Positions 26,141-41,096 are shown, counted from the first letter of the stretch. The stretch is DNA of 64,000 nt from Eledone cirrhosa (GCA_964016885.1 CAXHJY010000384.1:62001-126000); one strand, 5' to 3'. A program made the numbers and translations. Notes: generated from the sequence alone by a model not told the origin.

Positions 26141-27023
26141 AACAGTAAATGTTAGAGAGACAGTTTGTTATCATCTAACTTTAGTATTGATTGAGAAAAC
26201 TACAACAAAACCTATTTTGTCTCAATGAAAGTATTATTGTTATTTACTAAAAGAAATACTTCTTGTCCTTTGAAGGTCAGACAGTATAATAAAAATACAG
26301 TAATTCTACTGCAATCAGTACAAGCTTTTATAAAAAAAAGATATTTTTTTCACAAGGCCATGGACATAAAGCATCACACACAACCACACATCTGATAATA
26401 GTTTCAAGAATGTTCCATTGATCACTCTCCCCTCCAACTCCACTTCAATTCAAGAGTTCTAAAATGATAAAAGCAGTATAGTTGCTAACAATTCTATTAT
26501 TCTGTAGTTCTGTATACAACAATGAAGAGTTTCATGTCTCCCATTAATTAGTTGCTGTATTTAGACCAAACTACAGCAAAAGAAATCATAAAGCCAGTAG
26601 CAATGAATACTTTTTTATAAAATGAAAACAAAAAAAAGCTTTCTTTACTATCATCATTATTGTCTCTATGAACAGATGCAGCCAAGAAGAATGTGAAAAC
26701 TGGGAAGTTAAAACTAGATTAGTTGAGAAATAAAGTTATTTGTGCTACAAATCCGTTGAACCTGCAACAAAGTGGGGGAAAATATGGCTACAAATTTTGT
26801 TTCCATTTTTTTTAATTGAGAAGAGGGTCTTATATAAGGAGAACATTATGTGGACATATGGTTAGGATCTTAGCAAACAAGATGAAAGAATTAAAGGTCA
26901 AGACAGATCAAACAGAGCTGTATTGTTGACATAAATAACTGGAGCATAAATGCTATTAAATTCTAGAAATCTCCCACTCTAGATATCTTCTGTTAGGTAT
27001 TTTTAGTCATAATAATAATAATA

Positions 27024-27165
27024 ATAGTTTCTACTTTTGGTACAAGGCCAGCAATTACCCAGTACATTACTGGTACTTTATTTTTATCAACCCCGTAAGG
27101 ATGAAAGGCAAAGTTAACCTCGGTGGGATTTGAACTCAGACCGTAAAGAGACGTAACTATGCTGG
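27024..27165 (-). mobile_element. 5'-truncated Nin/Deu-domain SINE
   Basis: Same family as 1942. Confidence 0.8.
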
Positions 27166-30100
27166 ATAATGTCTTAGTAATAGCAGCAGCAGTAATAGTT
27201 ACAATAGTAATTAATAAACTACCTCAATTAGATTTTCTTCAATTTTCTTATATCTGGCACCAACATCATTAACCAAGACCAAACTCAGATATAAATATTA
27301 TAGTCAGACAATCAACCAACGTTTGTACATGTATGACCTCAAGTTTTGAAGTTGCAAATGATAGATAACTAAAAATACTACTACAGTATGTTGCAAATGA
27401 TAGATAACTAAAAATACTACTACAGACAGAACATAGATTTAACAAAGAAATTCACTAGATTTGGATCAGAAAAATATGCAAGGCAACTTTGAAGAGAGGA
27501 AAATTAAAAACACTACAAAATGGTTCTGAAAGATGGGCATTTAATCTGATCATCGAGCAGATGCAGCTGTGATCCATCATCTAAAATTAGGGCTGAAACT
27601 AGTCACTCTGAAGACAGTTGTCAAACAGCAACGGTCAACCCTATCAAAAGCTTTTGGTTGATCTAAATTTATCAAGGTCACATAGAAGCCTGCTTAACAA
27701 CCCTCTTTATGATGTATTGCCCGAGTTGGATGCTATTGTGGATAGAGTTATTTGGAATCACATAGATTTACACTTCTCTAAGCAAACTACTGACAACATG
27801 CATCAACCTCCTTACAATCACCTTGACTGAAATCTTAAATCCTAAATTCAGCTTTCTGTTGTTATTTGTTTCAATACTGTTATTGCACTTGCTGTTTCAT
27901 TACCATACATCGTTGTACTTAATACACAAACATTATAAAATCTGCCCTTCACTGAGAGAGAGAACCCCTTTGTTATCAGCACAGTATGTATAAAATCATA
28001 AAATAAAAAAAAAATTATGTAATATATACATACATTGTGTGTGTAAACAAATGTCAATTGAATTCTCTTTAGTTTTTCCTTTTAAATCTTATTAAAAGCG
28101 ACAACAAAAGAACCACCCTGATATGTCAAAATTAAAGTCCAAACAAACCAATCACAAGGAATCAATTTAAACAGACATTCAGGTTTTCATTTATCATCAG
28201 TTGTGTTTGTCACACTGGTTTACATTTACAACGGCAAAGTGCAAGGTGTTTATATGAAAGTAGATGCCGAAGTAGGTGATCATGGAAATAGTTTTCAACA
28301 GTCCTTTTACTCTTATCTAAGTCCAGCAGTCATTCTTTGCAGTAAATATTTACAATAGAAGCTTACAATCACAGTACACATTCAGTTGGCTTATTTGCAC
28401 AAAACAGACTGGTGGTTCCTTGTTCAACTAAACGTTTCACAACAAAATTTCACATTGGTTAATTGGAACATATGAGCTATTTGGGGTTTGGGGTTGATTT
28501 AGTTTGTTGTTTTGTTTTTTTAATAAATGTCAAAAAATGAATCTAATGCTAACAGATTTTATAGAAAATCTGGAAAAGTATATAACTAGTCTTCTGACAA
28601 CTGTTATAAAAAGAACCCATGTGTTATATTGATTTCCTTGGAGAATAATATTGATTTCCTTCTTCCCACCAGTCTCAGAGGCCCTGAAAAGAGTCATGAG
28701 TATTGTTCTTCCTTCGCTAATCTACATATTCTGCCATTCACAATAACTGTAAAAGCTTTCTTTGTCATGGTATGTATCCAAATGTTATGTTTTTGAAGGG
28801 AAATAACCTTGTCTTGATTGTTATTCTTATCTGTTGCAATCAGCGAAGTGAATACTAAGAGTCAAAGAACCAAGACAAATATTGCAAATACTTCTAAAGC
28901 CTCTACTAATTTACCATTAAGATCTTTGGTGTTATGCAATAATACAGAAGACCCACCTTTCTATGTTAAAGCATACATCTAGTATGCACCACCCCTCTCC
29001 CTTCCATACACCTCCCACACCCTAACACTCCATCCAGGTACTTACACACTTACACCCACCACTCCAGTGCCCAGTCCACACTGTAAAGTGATCATTTTGG
29101 TTTCACAACAAAAACGACCAGTTCATACTGTAAAGTGGTTGTTTTGGTGCCATGTCAAAAAGTGCCAGCCCACACTGTAAATGTGGTTGGCATTAAGAAG
29201 GGCATCCAGCTGTAGAAACCAAGCCAGAAACACTTGTGTATGAACAAGACACAGTCACCTGATCTGACTTGTCTCACAACAGGAGAACTGATCTAACTCA
29301 TGCTAGTGTGGAAGAATAGATGTTAAATGGTGATGATGATAGTGGGGAGAGGAGAGATGACAGTAGTTAGTGAACTTATTCATTCCAGGTTTATGAGATG
29401 TTTGTCTACTCAACAAGCTAGCAGACATCCAGCATTAACTTAGCAGAACCCCATGGAGTATGTGAACCACAGGTCATCAACCATTGATCTACATTGTGTA
29501 ATTTGGCTACAACCATCAACAACCATCTTTTTTTTCCATAAAACTTGGGATGGGTAGCTTTACCATATTTTGTATCATTTCTCAAAATACTAAATTTTCA
29601 CCTTTTTTCCAAAGGAACTCATTGCTTGCCAATACCTTTATACTCAACCACTAGCCTATAAGAATTCAAACAGAATATTAACCATATTTTTAAAAAAAGG
29701 AGGTTTGTCAGATCGAATCAAGGAAACTTTGTTTCAATTGGTTTTATCATTACTGACACTATTTGCTTAGCACAATTCCTGGGAGAAGAATTTCTTCTTT
29801 CTGGTGACAGCAGATGGGATTTGAAGTCAAAACTCACTGAACCAGAACAAAAACCACAAAGCAACTCATCTGACTAACAATCTACCCTTTAAAAAAAATG
29901 AAAGGCAATGTTGACCTCAGCAGGATTTGAACTCAGAGTGCAGAATAAATACTAAGACATTTAATTTGATGCTCTAATTACAATACCAATTTTCTGCCTA
30001 TATGCTAACTATATTAATCCAACAACTACATCCCTATTTGTCAATGGCCTAGGGAGGGTATGGCATTGCCTCATTTTTGAACACGTGCAAAACAAAAAAT

Positions 30101-31330
30101 AAAGAAAATAATCTTTGCTAAAAGACTATTAAAATATATTTTGTGACCTTTTGAATTATGCCTGTGATGAATATTTTCTATACTAAACATGTCTTCAGGC
30201 CCAACTATGACTGAATATCTTAGATGTTGGGATCCTCAAGAGATAAATTTCCTAAACCTGAAAGACATCAGTGAGAACTGATTTGAACTGAAAATATTAA
30301 TTCTGTTTTCAGTAGGGTTAAAGCTAATAGGAAACCAGAGAACAGTTATCTAAAGATCTCTAACACTTTAGTGGGGGAGGGGGAGATAATTTAAACTCAA
30401 CAACTCCATGTGGATGATTAAGATGTATAAAGTTTATTAGGACAAAATTTATCAACTCCATAGCAGAGATATAATTTTGGTATACAGAGCAGGCAGTGTT
30501 GAGAGATTATAAATGTATGATTGCTGTACAGCTGTTTTATTTCTTCAAATAAACAGCAGAGAGGAGCATCAGCTTATAATTTTAAACATTTCACTCAAAG
30601 GATAGACCAAGTTTGTTTTCCCTATCCCTGATTTAAAGCATAAAACTATTATGAAACAAATATTATTGTAAGCTTTTCAGCACTATTTACATTTTTGACT
30701 ATCCAACCCCAACATCCTTCTCAATTTAAACCTCTGATGACTTTACCCACAATATATAAATATACACACATACATACTAATTATCATCATCACTACTGCC
30801 ATTTTATATATAATGATGTATATATAATCAGAGAGAGACCCGACGTGTAATAATGCAATAGGCATCTGTCAATAATAAAACTTACCAGATAAACATCAGC
30901 ACTATCTAATTTAGTAGACTCTCATGCCCTTTGTAAAACATCAGAGAGAGAGAGATTTCTTCATGATCTTGACAAACAGAATAGTGAATATGCTACCTTA
31001 GAGGATAGTGATGGAGAGATAGTCAACTCACAGGGCTTATTCTAGCAAATGGTCATCTTTATTCCAAGCATAGTAAATAGGGAGGTAGTTCAGAGATGCA
31101 AGACACCATCTGTTTCCCCTATTGGGAGAGCAAGCAGCTAGTACTTAGTCAGCTGGTGATATTGCGCATCACATGCCACGAAACCTGAACCTGATTCTGA
31201 ATTCACCAGGTTGTTGCTGGAGAAAGTATATGGACAGATTTTTACTGTGAGAATGACAAGCTATATAACAAGATGAGAGTGACAAAAAACATTAAAAAAT
31301 AATAATAATAAAAATAATAATAATAATAAT

Positions 31331-31730
31331 TAGACCTGACCTGGTGGTTTTGGACAAAGAAAAAAGATTGTGCCTGATTGTGGATGTGGCCTGCCCATTC
31401 GACACGAGAGTGCAAGAGAAGGAGAGGGAGAAAATTAACCAATACCAGGACTTAAAGTGGGAGGTAAAAAAGGATTTGGAACTGCCATGAAGTCAAAGTG
31501 ATCCCGATTGTCATAGGCGCACTAGGGACTATCTCAAAAAGTTTCCAGGGATGGTTAAAGAAAATTGGCCCCTTCACGCTTTTTGGAACGCTTCAAAAGG
31601 CATGCTTGCTGGAAACAGCAAGAACCCTCCGATACGTCCTGAATATCTGAGGCTGCAGGTAGTGGCTTGATATTCATTTCAACAAACTTTCCAGTTAACT
31701 AACACCAATGACCGAGACTCAAAGAGGAAT
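31331..31730 (+). mobile_element. Dong/R4-clade non-LTR retrotransposon 3' fragment (restriction-like endonuclease) inserted in (TAA)n
   Basis: RPDLVVLDKEKRLCLIVDVACPFDTRVQEKEREKINQYQDLKWEVK/RIWNCHEVKVIPIVIGALGTI...LQKACLLETARTLRYVLNI* (one frameshift, stop at 31648-31650); (AAT)n on both flanks. Confidence 0.85.
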
Positions 31731-31733
31731 AAC

Positions 31734-31769
<36 letters not shown>

Positions 31770-32438
31770 CCAGCTTGCTGAATAATCTTACATCCAAAAT
31801 AAGAAATAGTGTCTAGAGGTTAAATAGAGAACATACAAATAAACAAGACAATAAAAGCAAATAAGTGGAGTTCAAATTCTATTTGAGGATAAATCTCACT
31901 TATCCATTAAGTGGCAATTAGTGAAGTGTAGTAGAAAACACTCTTATAGAATCAATAACTGAAAACTTAAAACTCCAGTATGAAGATTAAAAGGATTCTA
32001 ACATTACAGTAGTAAAACATCAGCAATAATTCTTAGATTCAATAACAATAAAAATAGTTAAAGTATAAATTAACAATGCAGAAAAAAAAACGTCATTTAT
32101 ATAGAAAGTGATTCTGCAATTACTTGTACATCGGTGGACACAGCATGTCCAAATGGTTAAAGACATTTGCTTCGCAATTATTAGGTCCAGGGTTTGGTCT
32201 CACTGTATGATATCTTTTACTATAGCTTTGAGTCAAACCATGATTTGTGAGAGAAACTAAGTAGATGAACTGTAGTTGTAGTGCCAACCCTATCGCACAT
32301 GAAACGTTAATTTCATGAGCTGGTTGTTCTGTTGATCAAACAACTGGAACACTCATCGTTGAATCTGACAGAGCAACAGGAGTCCATTCCACCAGTTCAA
32401 CATAGTTGCCAATCAGTGACAACTGAATAACTAAATTA

Positions 32439-32439
<1 letters not shown>

Positions 32440-32527
<88 letters not shown>

Positions 32528-32545
32528 ATATATATATATATATAT
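32440..32545. repeat. (GT)n(AT)n microsatellite
   Basis: Seen directly. Confidence 0.95.
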
Positions 32546-33076
32546 AACGAAGGAAATGTGGTAAGGAACCAGGTGGACCATAACGCACCAAAGTACTCAA
32601 TACTTAGGGTAGTAGAGTGGGTAATAGGAACGAGTAGGAACCCGACGGCTGAGCTCAAGCCGTTTCGACGGCTAATTTTGGACTAAATGAAAATTTTTAT
32701 CCTGGTATATGAAAGGCCAAGCTTCTCAGGGGGTAATTCCATATATGGTAAAAGTGATTGTCACAAGGATTGGTCAAAAGTTTGTTGTTGAGACAATAAT
32801 TTTATCATGGCAATTTGTGGAGGGAGGGGGTAGCTGAACCTGCCAGTAGAAGAAAGAGGGAGAGGGGGTGGAGGAAACCCAGTCGTGCGTTGATAGTGCC
32901 AACTACAGCTGGGCAGGAGGTCAAAGAAGATACTAGGGAGGGGGAGGAAGTCGAAACAATAAGTAAAACAATATGGGGTAAATATATAGAAAAATATCGA
33001 GTGTTTCTCGATATTTTTCTATATATTTACCCCATATTGTTTTACTTATTGTTTCGAATTCCTCCCCCTCCTCCTC

Positions 33077-33080
<4 letters not shown>
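32546..33080 (-). mobile_element. Penelope-like pseudo-LTR fragment with hammerhead-like motif
   Basis: Minus strand cccCTGAGAA...GAAACGGCTTGAGCTCAGCCGTC-ggg; homologous to 58726-58862; flanked by (TA)n. Confidence 0.55.
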
Positions 33081-33115
<35 letters not shown>

Positions 33116-33117
<2 letters not shown>

Positions 33118-34533
33118 TTATTAAAATAACAGATTAAAGTTTAAGTAAAGAATCGCTGCTTTCACTCTTAATGGGATCTTCTGAAACTAACAAAGTCAAT
33201 CTGTGAACGCAGAAGTGAATATTTCAAAAAACGTTGCAACCGGAGGAAGACAGGAAGACGATTCTTTGGTTCGTGGAAACGTTCCCTGGCAAAGAACGGG
33301 AAAAACCGAATATAATACGTCATTATTTGGAGCGGTGAAAAACAATTACACGCAAAGACAAAACCACGTTTATGGTATAAAAGAAGTCGTAGACTAATAT
33401 TCTATTAGGTGGTTCATAGAGACGTTCTCTGGCTATGAACGGAAAAAACGAAGATAATACGTTATATGTGGAGCGTAGAGAACAATTGCACGCAAAGACA
33501 AAACCACGTAAATGGTATAACACAAGTCGTAGACTAAAATTCTAACTAGGAAACCGAATGATTCTCGGCTTCAGAGTTAAGAATAAAGTAAATAAAATGC
33601 AGAGGTAATTGAAATTAAATAAATACATACACGCATCTATATACGTACATACACAAGCATACGCGAAAATACTCGCCATGGGTATACAAATACACGCACA
33701 TATATATATGTGTGTGTGTGTATACAAATAATTAAATAAACGTATATAAATAAATAAATACGTATATAACAAGCGCGCACACATACCTACATGTAAATAC
33801 ACATATGTTCGGAGACGAACGTCGACCAAAACACGAAGTACACATATACACACACCCTACATACGTACGAACCCGCATACTCACACAAACGCAAAACTCA
33901 CGTATACACATAACCAAAAGCATATGTACCAGAATATATAAAATATACGCCATAACATATACAATCAAATATACGTACGAGAAAGTATACGTACCTTCAC
34001 AAAACATACAGGTAATATATACTTACCTATACAAATAAATAATGGTATAAACATAACATATACCTAGCTACCACATCAAGACGTAAAATATCCGCGTATA
34101 GTTCATACTATCCGTTAGGGTATAATGTGGGGCTGTAATACAGGAAAATTTTGTGCAATTTATGTTTACAAGCCGAAATTGCCTCAGATTTTTTGTTTAA
34201 GATGTGGTCTTTGGCGTAGAGTATTTCCAGGGACTCAGCGGCGCAGAGGTCACATGGTCTTATTTCCGTTATACGATCTAGCCCTAGCTAGGATTAACTT
34301 ATATTGGGTGTGGTTATCTTTTAGACTCCAGATATAAGCTGAAAGTGACGTCATATTCCTTCTTAAAGGGTAACGAAAAGAATGGGTATGCATGTAAAGA
34401 CGCTGCTTGAATCTATTGGCGGTTAACTCTATGTAGGCCCTGCGGGACGTGGGTGTTTCAACCTTACATTTGTAGACAATGTTACTAGAGAGGCATTTCT
34501 CGGATAGGGGGCAGTCATCAAATTTATTATTAC
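33116..34533 (-). mobile_element. Penelope-like element 3' portion: GIY-YIG endonuclease remnant plus downstream non-coding region
   Basis: CPLSEKCLSSNIVYKCKV...AYIELTANRFKQRLYMHTHSF...TSLSAYIWSLK.../PCDLCAAES...LNKKSEAISACKH (about 34100-34520); about 143-bp tandem duplication at 33290-33545; (TA)n both sides. Left boundary tentative. Confidence 0.8.
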
Positions 34534-36339
34534 TATATATATATATATGAGAGAGGGGGGAAGAGAGAGAGAGAGAGAACTGCATCTCTTGTTGATAATC
34601 TAATCTGATAGTCTGTAGGATTCTTACCTATAAAAATTTAATTTTAAAGTAGCAAGAAACCCTAATAAAAAAAACAAAACATGGTAAGTGCAACCCTGAA
34701 AAGTAGCATAGTCCACACGATATGTAACCCAGTTAGGCCACCCTGCCGGTAAGTGCACAATAGTAAGAATTTGTTGCTAAAACTATTGAGAAGTATGTGT
34801 GTGTGTAGCAGCTCTTATTTTTCATTTACATACACTGGTAGTACATAAGCACACAAGAGAGGAGTGAGGACGAGGGAAATGATAAACTAAGTTCAGCAAT
34901 TAATCTCTAAAGATAACAAACAGGTAAAAAACAAAAGCAAAAAAGAACCAAGAAAAAAACACTATCTCACCAACTCTGATTTGCTGTCCTATAAAGGTGT
35001 CTGTCTGCATGTGTTTGGTTGTTTTGTCAATAGTAAAAATTTAGCATCTTGTTTCGTCCCATGTGAATTTTCTCTTGTCCTTCCCCTAACATAGTGGGCT
35101 GAATGCCAAAAGTAACGAGGAAGAGGAAATGGGAAAGTAATAGAACACACATCTCATCCTGCTATCATTGAAGAACAGTTTACATAGCTAGCTAGTCCTT
35201 ACCTACCCCTAACCAGCTGACAGAAGTCTCTCTTAACGATTCTAAAAACTGTTCCATTCAAAAGAAACTTAGCAAACTATAGAGTAAAAAAGAGTCAGTA
35301 TTTATTATTATGGGAACCAGTGATGCATACTATTACTGTATGACTTCATTAACAGTATGTCTTACTTCCTATCACATACAATTGTGTTAATACTGTTAAA
35401 GACAACCATAATAAATATAGATGTAGGAAAGACTAATGCAGAAAATATCTGGAATTACTGTTAGTTGCTATAAAATAGCTTATAAAAATCGGGTAAAAAC
35501 CCTTATAGACGGATCGTTTTCCGAATGGGATGGAAAAGAAACCACAGTTAAATAAAGTAGAGAAGAAGCAGATTTATATTAAAAAGAAATTACTTCTACA
35601 GGACCAGAGCTGTTTCATTCCACTTCTAGTGATTTCGTATGAATGAAGATATTTCTATATGAAATAAGTGTGTGTGGCGTGGTCTACCCTGACTTACAAC
35701 ACACACTTTTCTGAAATACTCGTGACCCGACTAACAAAGTTATTTTAATGATGGTAGAATTAGTACTTGTTACGCACACAACCTCCATCACTTCACAAGG
35801 TTTGATTATAAACACACGGTGATGAATTGACACAAACGTTAATCTCATACGAACGTTTTGAGTTCAAATCTCACCGAGATCAACTTTGCTTTTCATTCTT
35901 CCAAGGTCGATAAAATACAGTACCAGTCAAGTACTAGAGTTGTTACAATAGACTCTCCACCCAACAAAAAAAAATCTGGCCTTATTAACACTCACACACA
36001 CTGCTAGTTATCTCTCTTACGCACACATTTTCACGCACCAGCTACAATTTTTTTCCCCGTTTTCGAGACAATTATTAAAAAAAGAATATTTTAGCAGCAC
36101 CTGCTGCTAAAAACACATACGTAATAGAAAACAAAAATATGTCCATTCGCTAACACAATATAACCAAGTCGGTGCGCTCTATCCTGTCTCTGGATCATAT
36201 AACTCGGTCGATGATTTGGCAAAATTATTTGAGCGTGATTATTTTGAAGCAAGGAATTTGATCAATGTTCATCACCACCATTACACACACACAGAGTCAA
36301 GGAGGGAGCTGTCACTCAACATACTAGTCGCTCTCCGAC

Positions 36340-36560
36340 AGGTTTGCAGCCGTACCCCTGGCAGTGGAGACCTCTGGTGTCCTCGGCCCCAGGGCTACTC
36401 CTTACTCACGACCATAGGCTCTGAGCTGGCCAGCCGCAGGTGTGAGCCCCGCGAGTTGGAGTGGCTTTTCCAGCGCGTCTCCCTTGCCGTCCTCCGGGGA
36501 AATGTCTTCTCCATTCTGTCCGCCGGGGCTGTGGGTGGGCCCCATCGCGTACCGTTGTAG
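36340..36560 (+). mobile_element. CRE-clade non-LTR retrotransposon 3' fragment
   Basis: VPLAVETSGVLGP.../LLTTIGSELASRRCEPRELEWLFQRVSLAVLRGNVFSILSAG, the typical CRE RLE C-terminus; a smaller decayed piece (AIETFGVLG) lies at about 36700-36800. Confidence 0.75.
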
Positions 36561-38699
36561 TTGTTGTATACAGAGAGAAACTAGTCCGGTAACTATCTTG
36601 CAGTACAAAAAGGGACAAAATTCGACAAGAAAATAAAAATGCCGCCAGCAACGCAGAATAGATAACAAAATTTAAGGCATTAACGTACTAATCTTTATTG
36701 TGCCATTGAAACTTTCGGTGTGCTCGGCTATGAATGGACTGACTGATGCCATGGATACCTATGGCATCGCTTTCGCCATCTTGTCCTCAGAGCGCAGCCG
36801 GGTGAGTAGGATTCGTCCACCTCACTTTTAGTTTTATTTTTGTTTAATAAGTTCTAAATAAAAAAAGGTTCTATTTTTAGAACGTGTTGAGGAGGGACCA
36901 TTTAAAGTTGAGGGAAAATATACATATATACACCGAATAGCCAGTCAAGGCATCATAATAGATAGAATGCCGTAAACACATGCGCTTAGACATTTAAACG
37001 TCACGCATGACTAATATTACTTTTTTTTTTTGCAACCGTTCCAACCCACCCATCCAACTCAGTTTATGTACATGTTTATTTAGCCTTTGACAAAATGCAT
37101 TCGATTTCAGACCATTCCGTATGTGCTAAGAATTCAAGACCACAATATTCAACTTGTCAATTTCTAGTGTTAATTTGAGGGAGATTTGACCATTACCAGT
37201 AGATTAAGCTATCGCATAGAAACACTCGTGTTTTATTTGTGACTGTATCAAGAATTGACCACATATGCATGATTTATTCAATACACACTCATACATCAAA
37301 CATAGCCTCAGTCCACGAGATCTAACCGGTAAAAGAATATGTGTAATTGGAGTAGAAGGCGATAAATGGAAGAAAACGATTGTAACACCTGACCAAATAT
37401 AAACATCGTTAAGACAAATTAAGAATACATATATTGATCTCTCCCTTTCTTTCTCTCTCTCTATATATATATATTCATACACACACACATATATGGGCTG
37501 TCTGTGAAGGAGTGATGCTAGAGCCGTGAAATCTTGCATACATTAATTTCAACTCTTAATAGCTGCAGTGTTTCTTTCCAGCGACTATGTTGAACAATAA
37601 ACCTCATTTGTTCATTCCATGAGAGTATCTTGGTCAGCCGATCCCCCAAACACACACACTATAAATCCTGTTATTTATCTAAGTCTGAATATTGATATTT
37701 GGGATACCCTAATATGGCATACAACATTTCTAGTTTTTTACAAATTTGGAAAAGTAATCGGAATTATTATTATTTTTTTTTTTTTTGCAAGTTTACCATA
37801 AATCTGAATGTCAAAACTGTCATTGTATACAAATGTAAACTAGCAGATTACTACCAAATTATATAAAACAAAAGCATATATATATATATAAGAAAATCTT
37901 AGTGTTAATGTGTGTGTGTTGGCTAGTCACTTTTACTTTATCAAACTATTTGTTTGGTGGCCCGCGAGCATTTTCTTTTATAACCGTCGTGCTGCGACTA
38001 GCTTCTTTGTCATACAACATATTTTGGGGTGCAATTAAGAATTATTTTGTTTAAAATACGAGGGTGTGATTATAAGGGAATATGGCTGTAATTTCTAGCA
38101 GGTAAAGCGACCAAAAATAGACGCTATTCACGAGGGGAAAATAATAGAATATATTCCTATTATTAATTATAATAATAATCTAGCAATAATAATTTTAAAC
38201 AAATTAAGTACATTTTAAAACCAAAGTTGACAATCATTTACAGCAAATCCAGGTAATTATAAATTATAAAATAACACAAATCAATGAAACAGCTGACGTT
38301 CGATAGAGCTAGGCCGTTGACAACGAGTTTTTTGTCATTGTTACTGAAATATTAAGTAATATTCCGGGGGGGGGGGGGGGGGGGACTTAGCTATTCTAGC
38401 GCCTTAGGTATGCTATCACCTGCAGCGATGCTAAAACTGGCTTAGCTTTCCTCATTTTTTTTCCTTTGAGAAAGAAACATCAGCATTCTCTGCTGTAACG
38501 TGTGAGTGTCCGCGTCTTCGGTGGCTTTAAAAAAAAAAAAAAAATCTATTGATTTGTTTCTTTTGTAAATTATACTCCTCATTATAAGTTATTTTAATAA
38601 AAGACATTGACAAACAATATAACATACTGTTCAGAATGTTCGATCATCACCATATCCACTTAAATTCTTTTAAGTAACTATTCAAAACTTCACATGTAT

Positions 38700-38873
38700 A
38701 ATTATTTCTACTTTTGGCACAAGGCCAACAATCACCCTAGTGCATTACTGGTACTTTATTTTATCGACCCCGTAAGGATGAAAGGCAAAGTTAACCTCGG
38801 CAGGATTTGAACTCAGAGCGTAAAGGGCCATAACTATGCTGCAAAGCATGGTGTCTGACGCTCTACTGATACA
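38700..38873 (-). mobile_element. Nin/Deu-domain SINE
   Basis: Same family as 1942. Confidence 0.85.
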
Positions 38874-39155
38874 ATTAATGTTTCTTCTTTCACGATCGCT
38901 TAACAAATTGATACTAGCTACAGTTTGACAAAGTGAAAGTGGTACATTTTAACCATGGTTCGCCACATGTCTTGACTACACATTTGAGTGTAGCTACATA
39001 ATTATTTACAGATAATAGTAAAGTTTACTATAAGTTTAGATGCAGCAAGCGTCCTTTGGTATTATTCATATACATATTCCGATACATCTATCTAGAAATT
39101 TAAAATAGAATCGGACTATATACGTCAAACGGAAAACACACACATAATAAATATC

Positions 39156-39289
39156 CACTTTGGTATTAATTTTCCTTGTGTTGACAAACCCAAATGTGTG
39201 TGTGTGTATATATATATATACACACACGTACATTTTGGTTTGCCAACACGAGATTGGTATATATATATATATATATAATATACCAAAGT
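39156..39289. repeat. Palindrome centred on (TG)n(TA)n(CA)n
   Basis: cttgtgttgacaaacccaaatgt ... acattttggtttgccaacacgag; outer actttggtat/ataccaaagt. Confidence 0.7.
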
Positions 39290-39384
39290 TGATATTTTAC
39301 GTAAATTACAGAGGCTATTTTGTTGCTACTCTTGTGTTTTGCGAAACGCAGAGTAGCAACAAAGAGTAATCACAGTATATATAT

Positions 39385-39540
39385 ATAATCGTTGAAATTT
39401 ATTGTTACGAACGGAGATGATCCAGAAAGTAAGGTACTCAATACATCAAGTAGAGATATTAATTCATTACGAAATGGTTCTTACAGGACTAATTCCTTTT
39501 CCTTCAAGTAAGATTTCGTCAGAACCTTTCTGGCGAAGTT
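39385..39540 (-). mobile_element. Penelope-like terminal fragment, degenerate hammerhead
   Basis: Minus strand CTGACGA...GAAA...agtcctgtaagaaccatttc...gtattgagtaccttact; homologous to 58975-59080. Confidence 0.45.
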
Positions 39541-40676
39541 TTAATTCAAGAAGGACAGATTAGTCTTGAGTCACTTTTCAATAAATGTTAGAAAATATAT
39601 AAACGCAGTGCACGTTATACACAGAAACATTGTAATATATAGTATATACATGCTATACACACACAAGGGGTCAGCCGTGTATTGAAGCTAAAATATATTT
39701 TTATTTTATATTTTACATAATTACATTGACATATGGTTAGTTAATATTGTTCAAACCTACATGCAATGTATTTTTCATACCCCGGCATAAAAAGATAAAA
39801 ACTTTTCTTTTGTTTTTATTTTACCAAGCCCACGTTACAATTAAATACAGATTTAGTGAATAGAATGGTGCTAGCAATATGGCCCTAAGCTTGTCTAAAA
39901 ATCACAGGATTCTAAATCATCGGTGTTAGGAATTTACAAATGGACACGCCAGGTGTGAACGAACATACACTATCAAACTCCTACTACTACGACCATAGAA
40001 TACAATACATGTTCCGCCCGTCCGTCTCCATATGGAGGAAATGACGCCGGCATATTCAAGGGGACAAGTGACATTTCCTCACTAATGAACAAACGAAGAA
40101 AGAAGCGAGGGTTGAAAAGGAACACAGAAGCTAAACAATATGAGAGATGCGAAGGTAAACGTACATATGTTCGTGTGGTTAGTCTATGTATCCTGTGTAT
40201 AAGAAAGACAGTAGCAATAACATAGCTCTATGGTGTTACAGGACAAAGCAAAGATAAAACCTGGCTATGTTGTAGAATTATCCCGTTTTCAAACGTTTTT
40301 TTTTTTATTATTATTCGGTTTATCAATAATAAATGGCAGTATTAGTCTCTTGTTGTCAACAACTTGCAATGTGTTAGAACTTAAATTAAATTCTAATACA
40401 TTATTTTTTTTTCTTTCAGAAAAATATATTCTTTTAATGTTAAAATATTAAAGAAAATTTGAAGGAAGAGGTAAACAAGCGAGCCAACACCAGAGCAAAA
40501 GACAAGTAACGTCGCGAGGAGTACCGGGCAACCTCTCTAATGATTTTGATAACTGAATTGATTCTTTCGAGGGACTATGTTGAGAAATAAACCTTATTTG
40601 GTCATTCCATGAGAGTATCTTGGTCAACCGACGCTCGTTGGCATTATCTGAATTTCTTTCTAGGTTACATTATTTT

Positions 40677-41096
40677 GGATTGGCAGTATCAGTAGAGGGT
40701 CGGACGCCATGCTTTCCAGCATAGTTACGTCCCTTTACAATCTGAGTTCAAATCCCGCCGAGGTTGACTTTGCCTTTCATCCTTACGGGGTCGATAAAAT
40801 AAAGTACCAGTAATGCACTGGGTATTTGCTGGCCTTGTGCCTAAAGTAGAAACCATTATTTATATTTGCCTTCAAATTTATATTTGAGTTCAAATCCCGC
40901 CGAGGTTAACTTTGCCTTTCATCCTTACGGGGTCGATAAAATAAGGTACCAGTAATGCACTGGGTAATTACTGGCCTTGTGCCAAAAGTAGAAACAATTA
41001 TTTATATTTGCCTTTCATCCTTACGGGGTCGATAAAATAAAGTACCAGTAATGCACTGGATTATTGCTGGCCTTGTGCCTAAAGTAGAAACAATTA
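40677..41096 (+). mobile_element. Stack of three Nin/Deu-domain SINE copies (one full, two 5'-truncated)
   Basis: Head-to-tail copies separated by attatttatatttg. Confidence 0.85.

Noticed and set aside
33140-33190. Hammerhead-like motif on the minus strand (CAGAAGA...GAAA)
   Set aside because: Core is mutated and stems I and III cannot be drawn convincingly
34250-34255. TGA near cysteines in the Penelope endonuclease as selenocysteine recoding (Naiad-like)
   Set aside because: Explained by a frameshift (the alternate frame reads PCDLCAAE), and the endonuclease appears C-terminal, unlike Naiads
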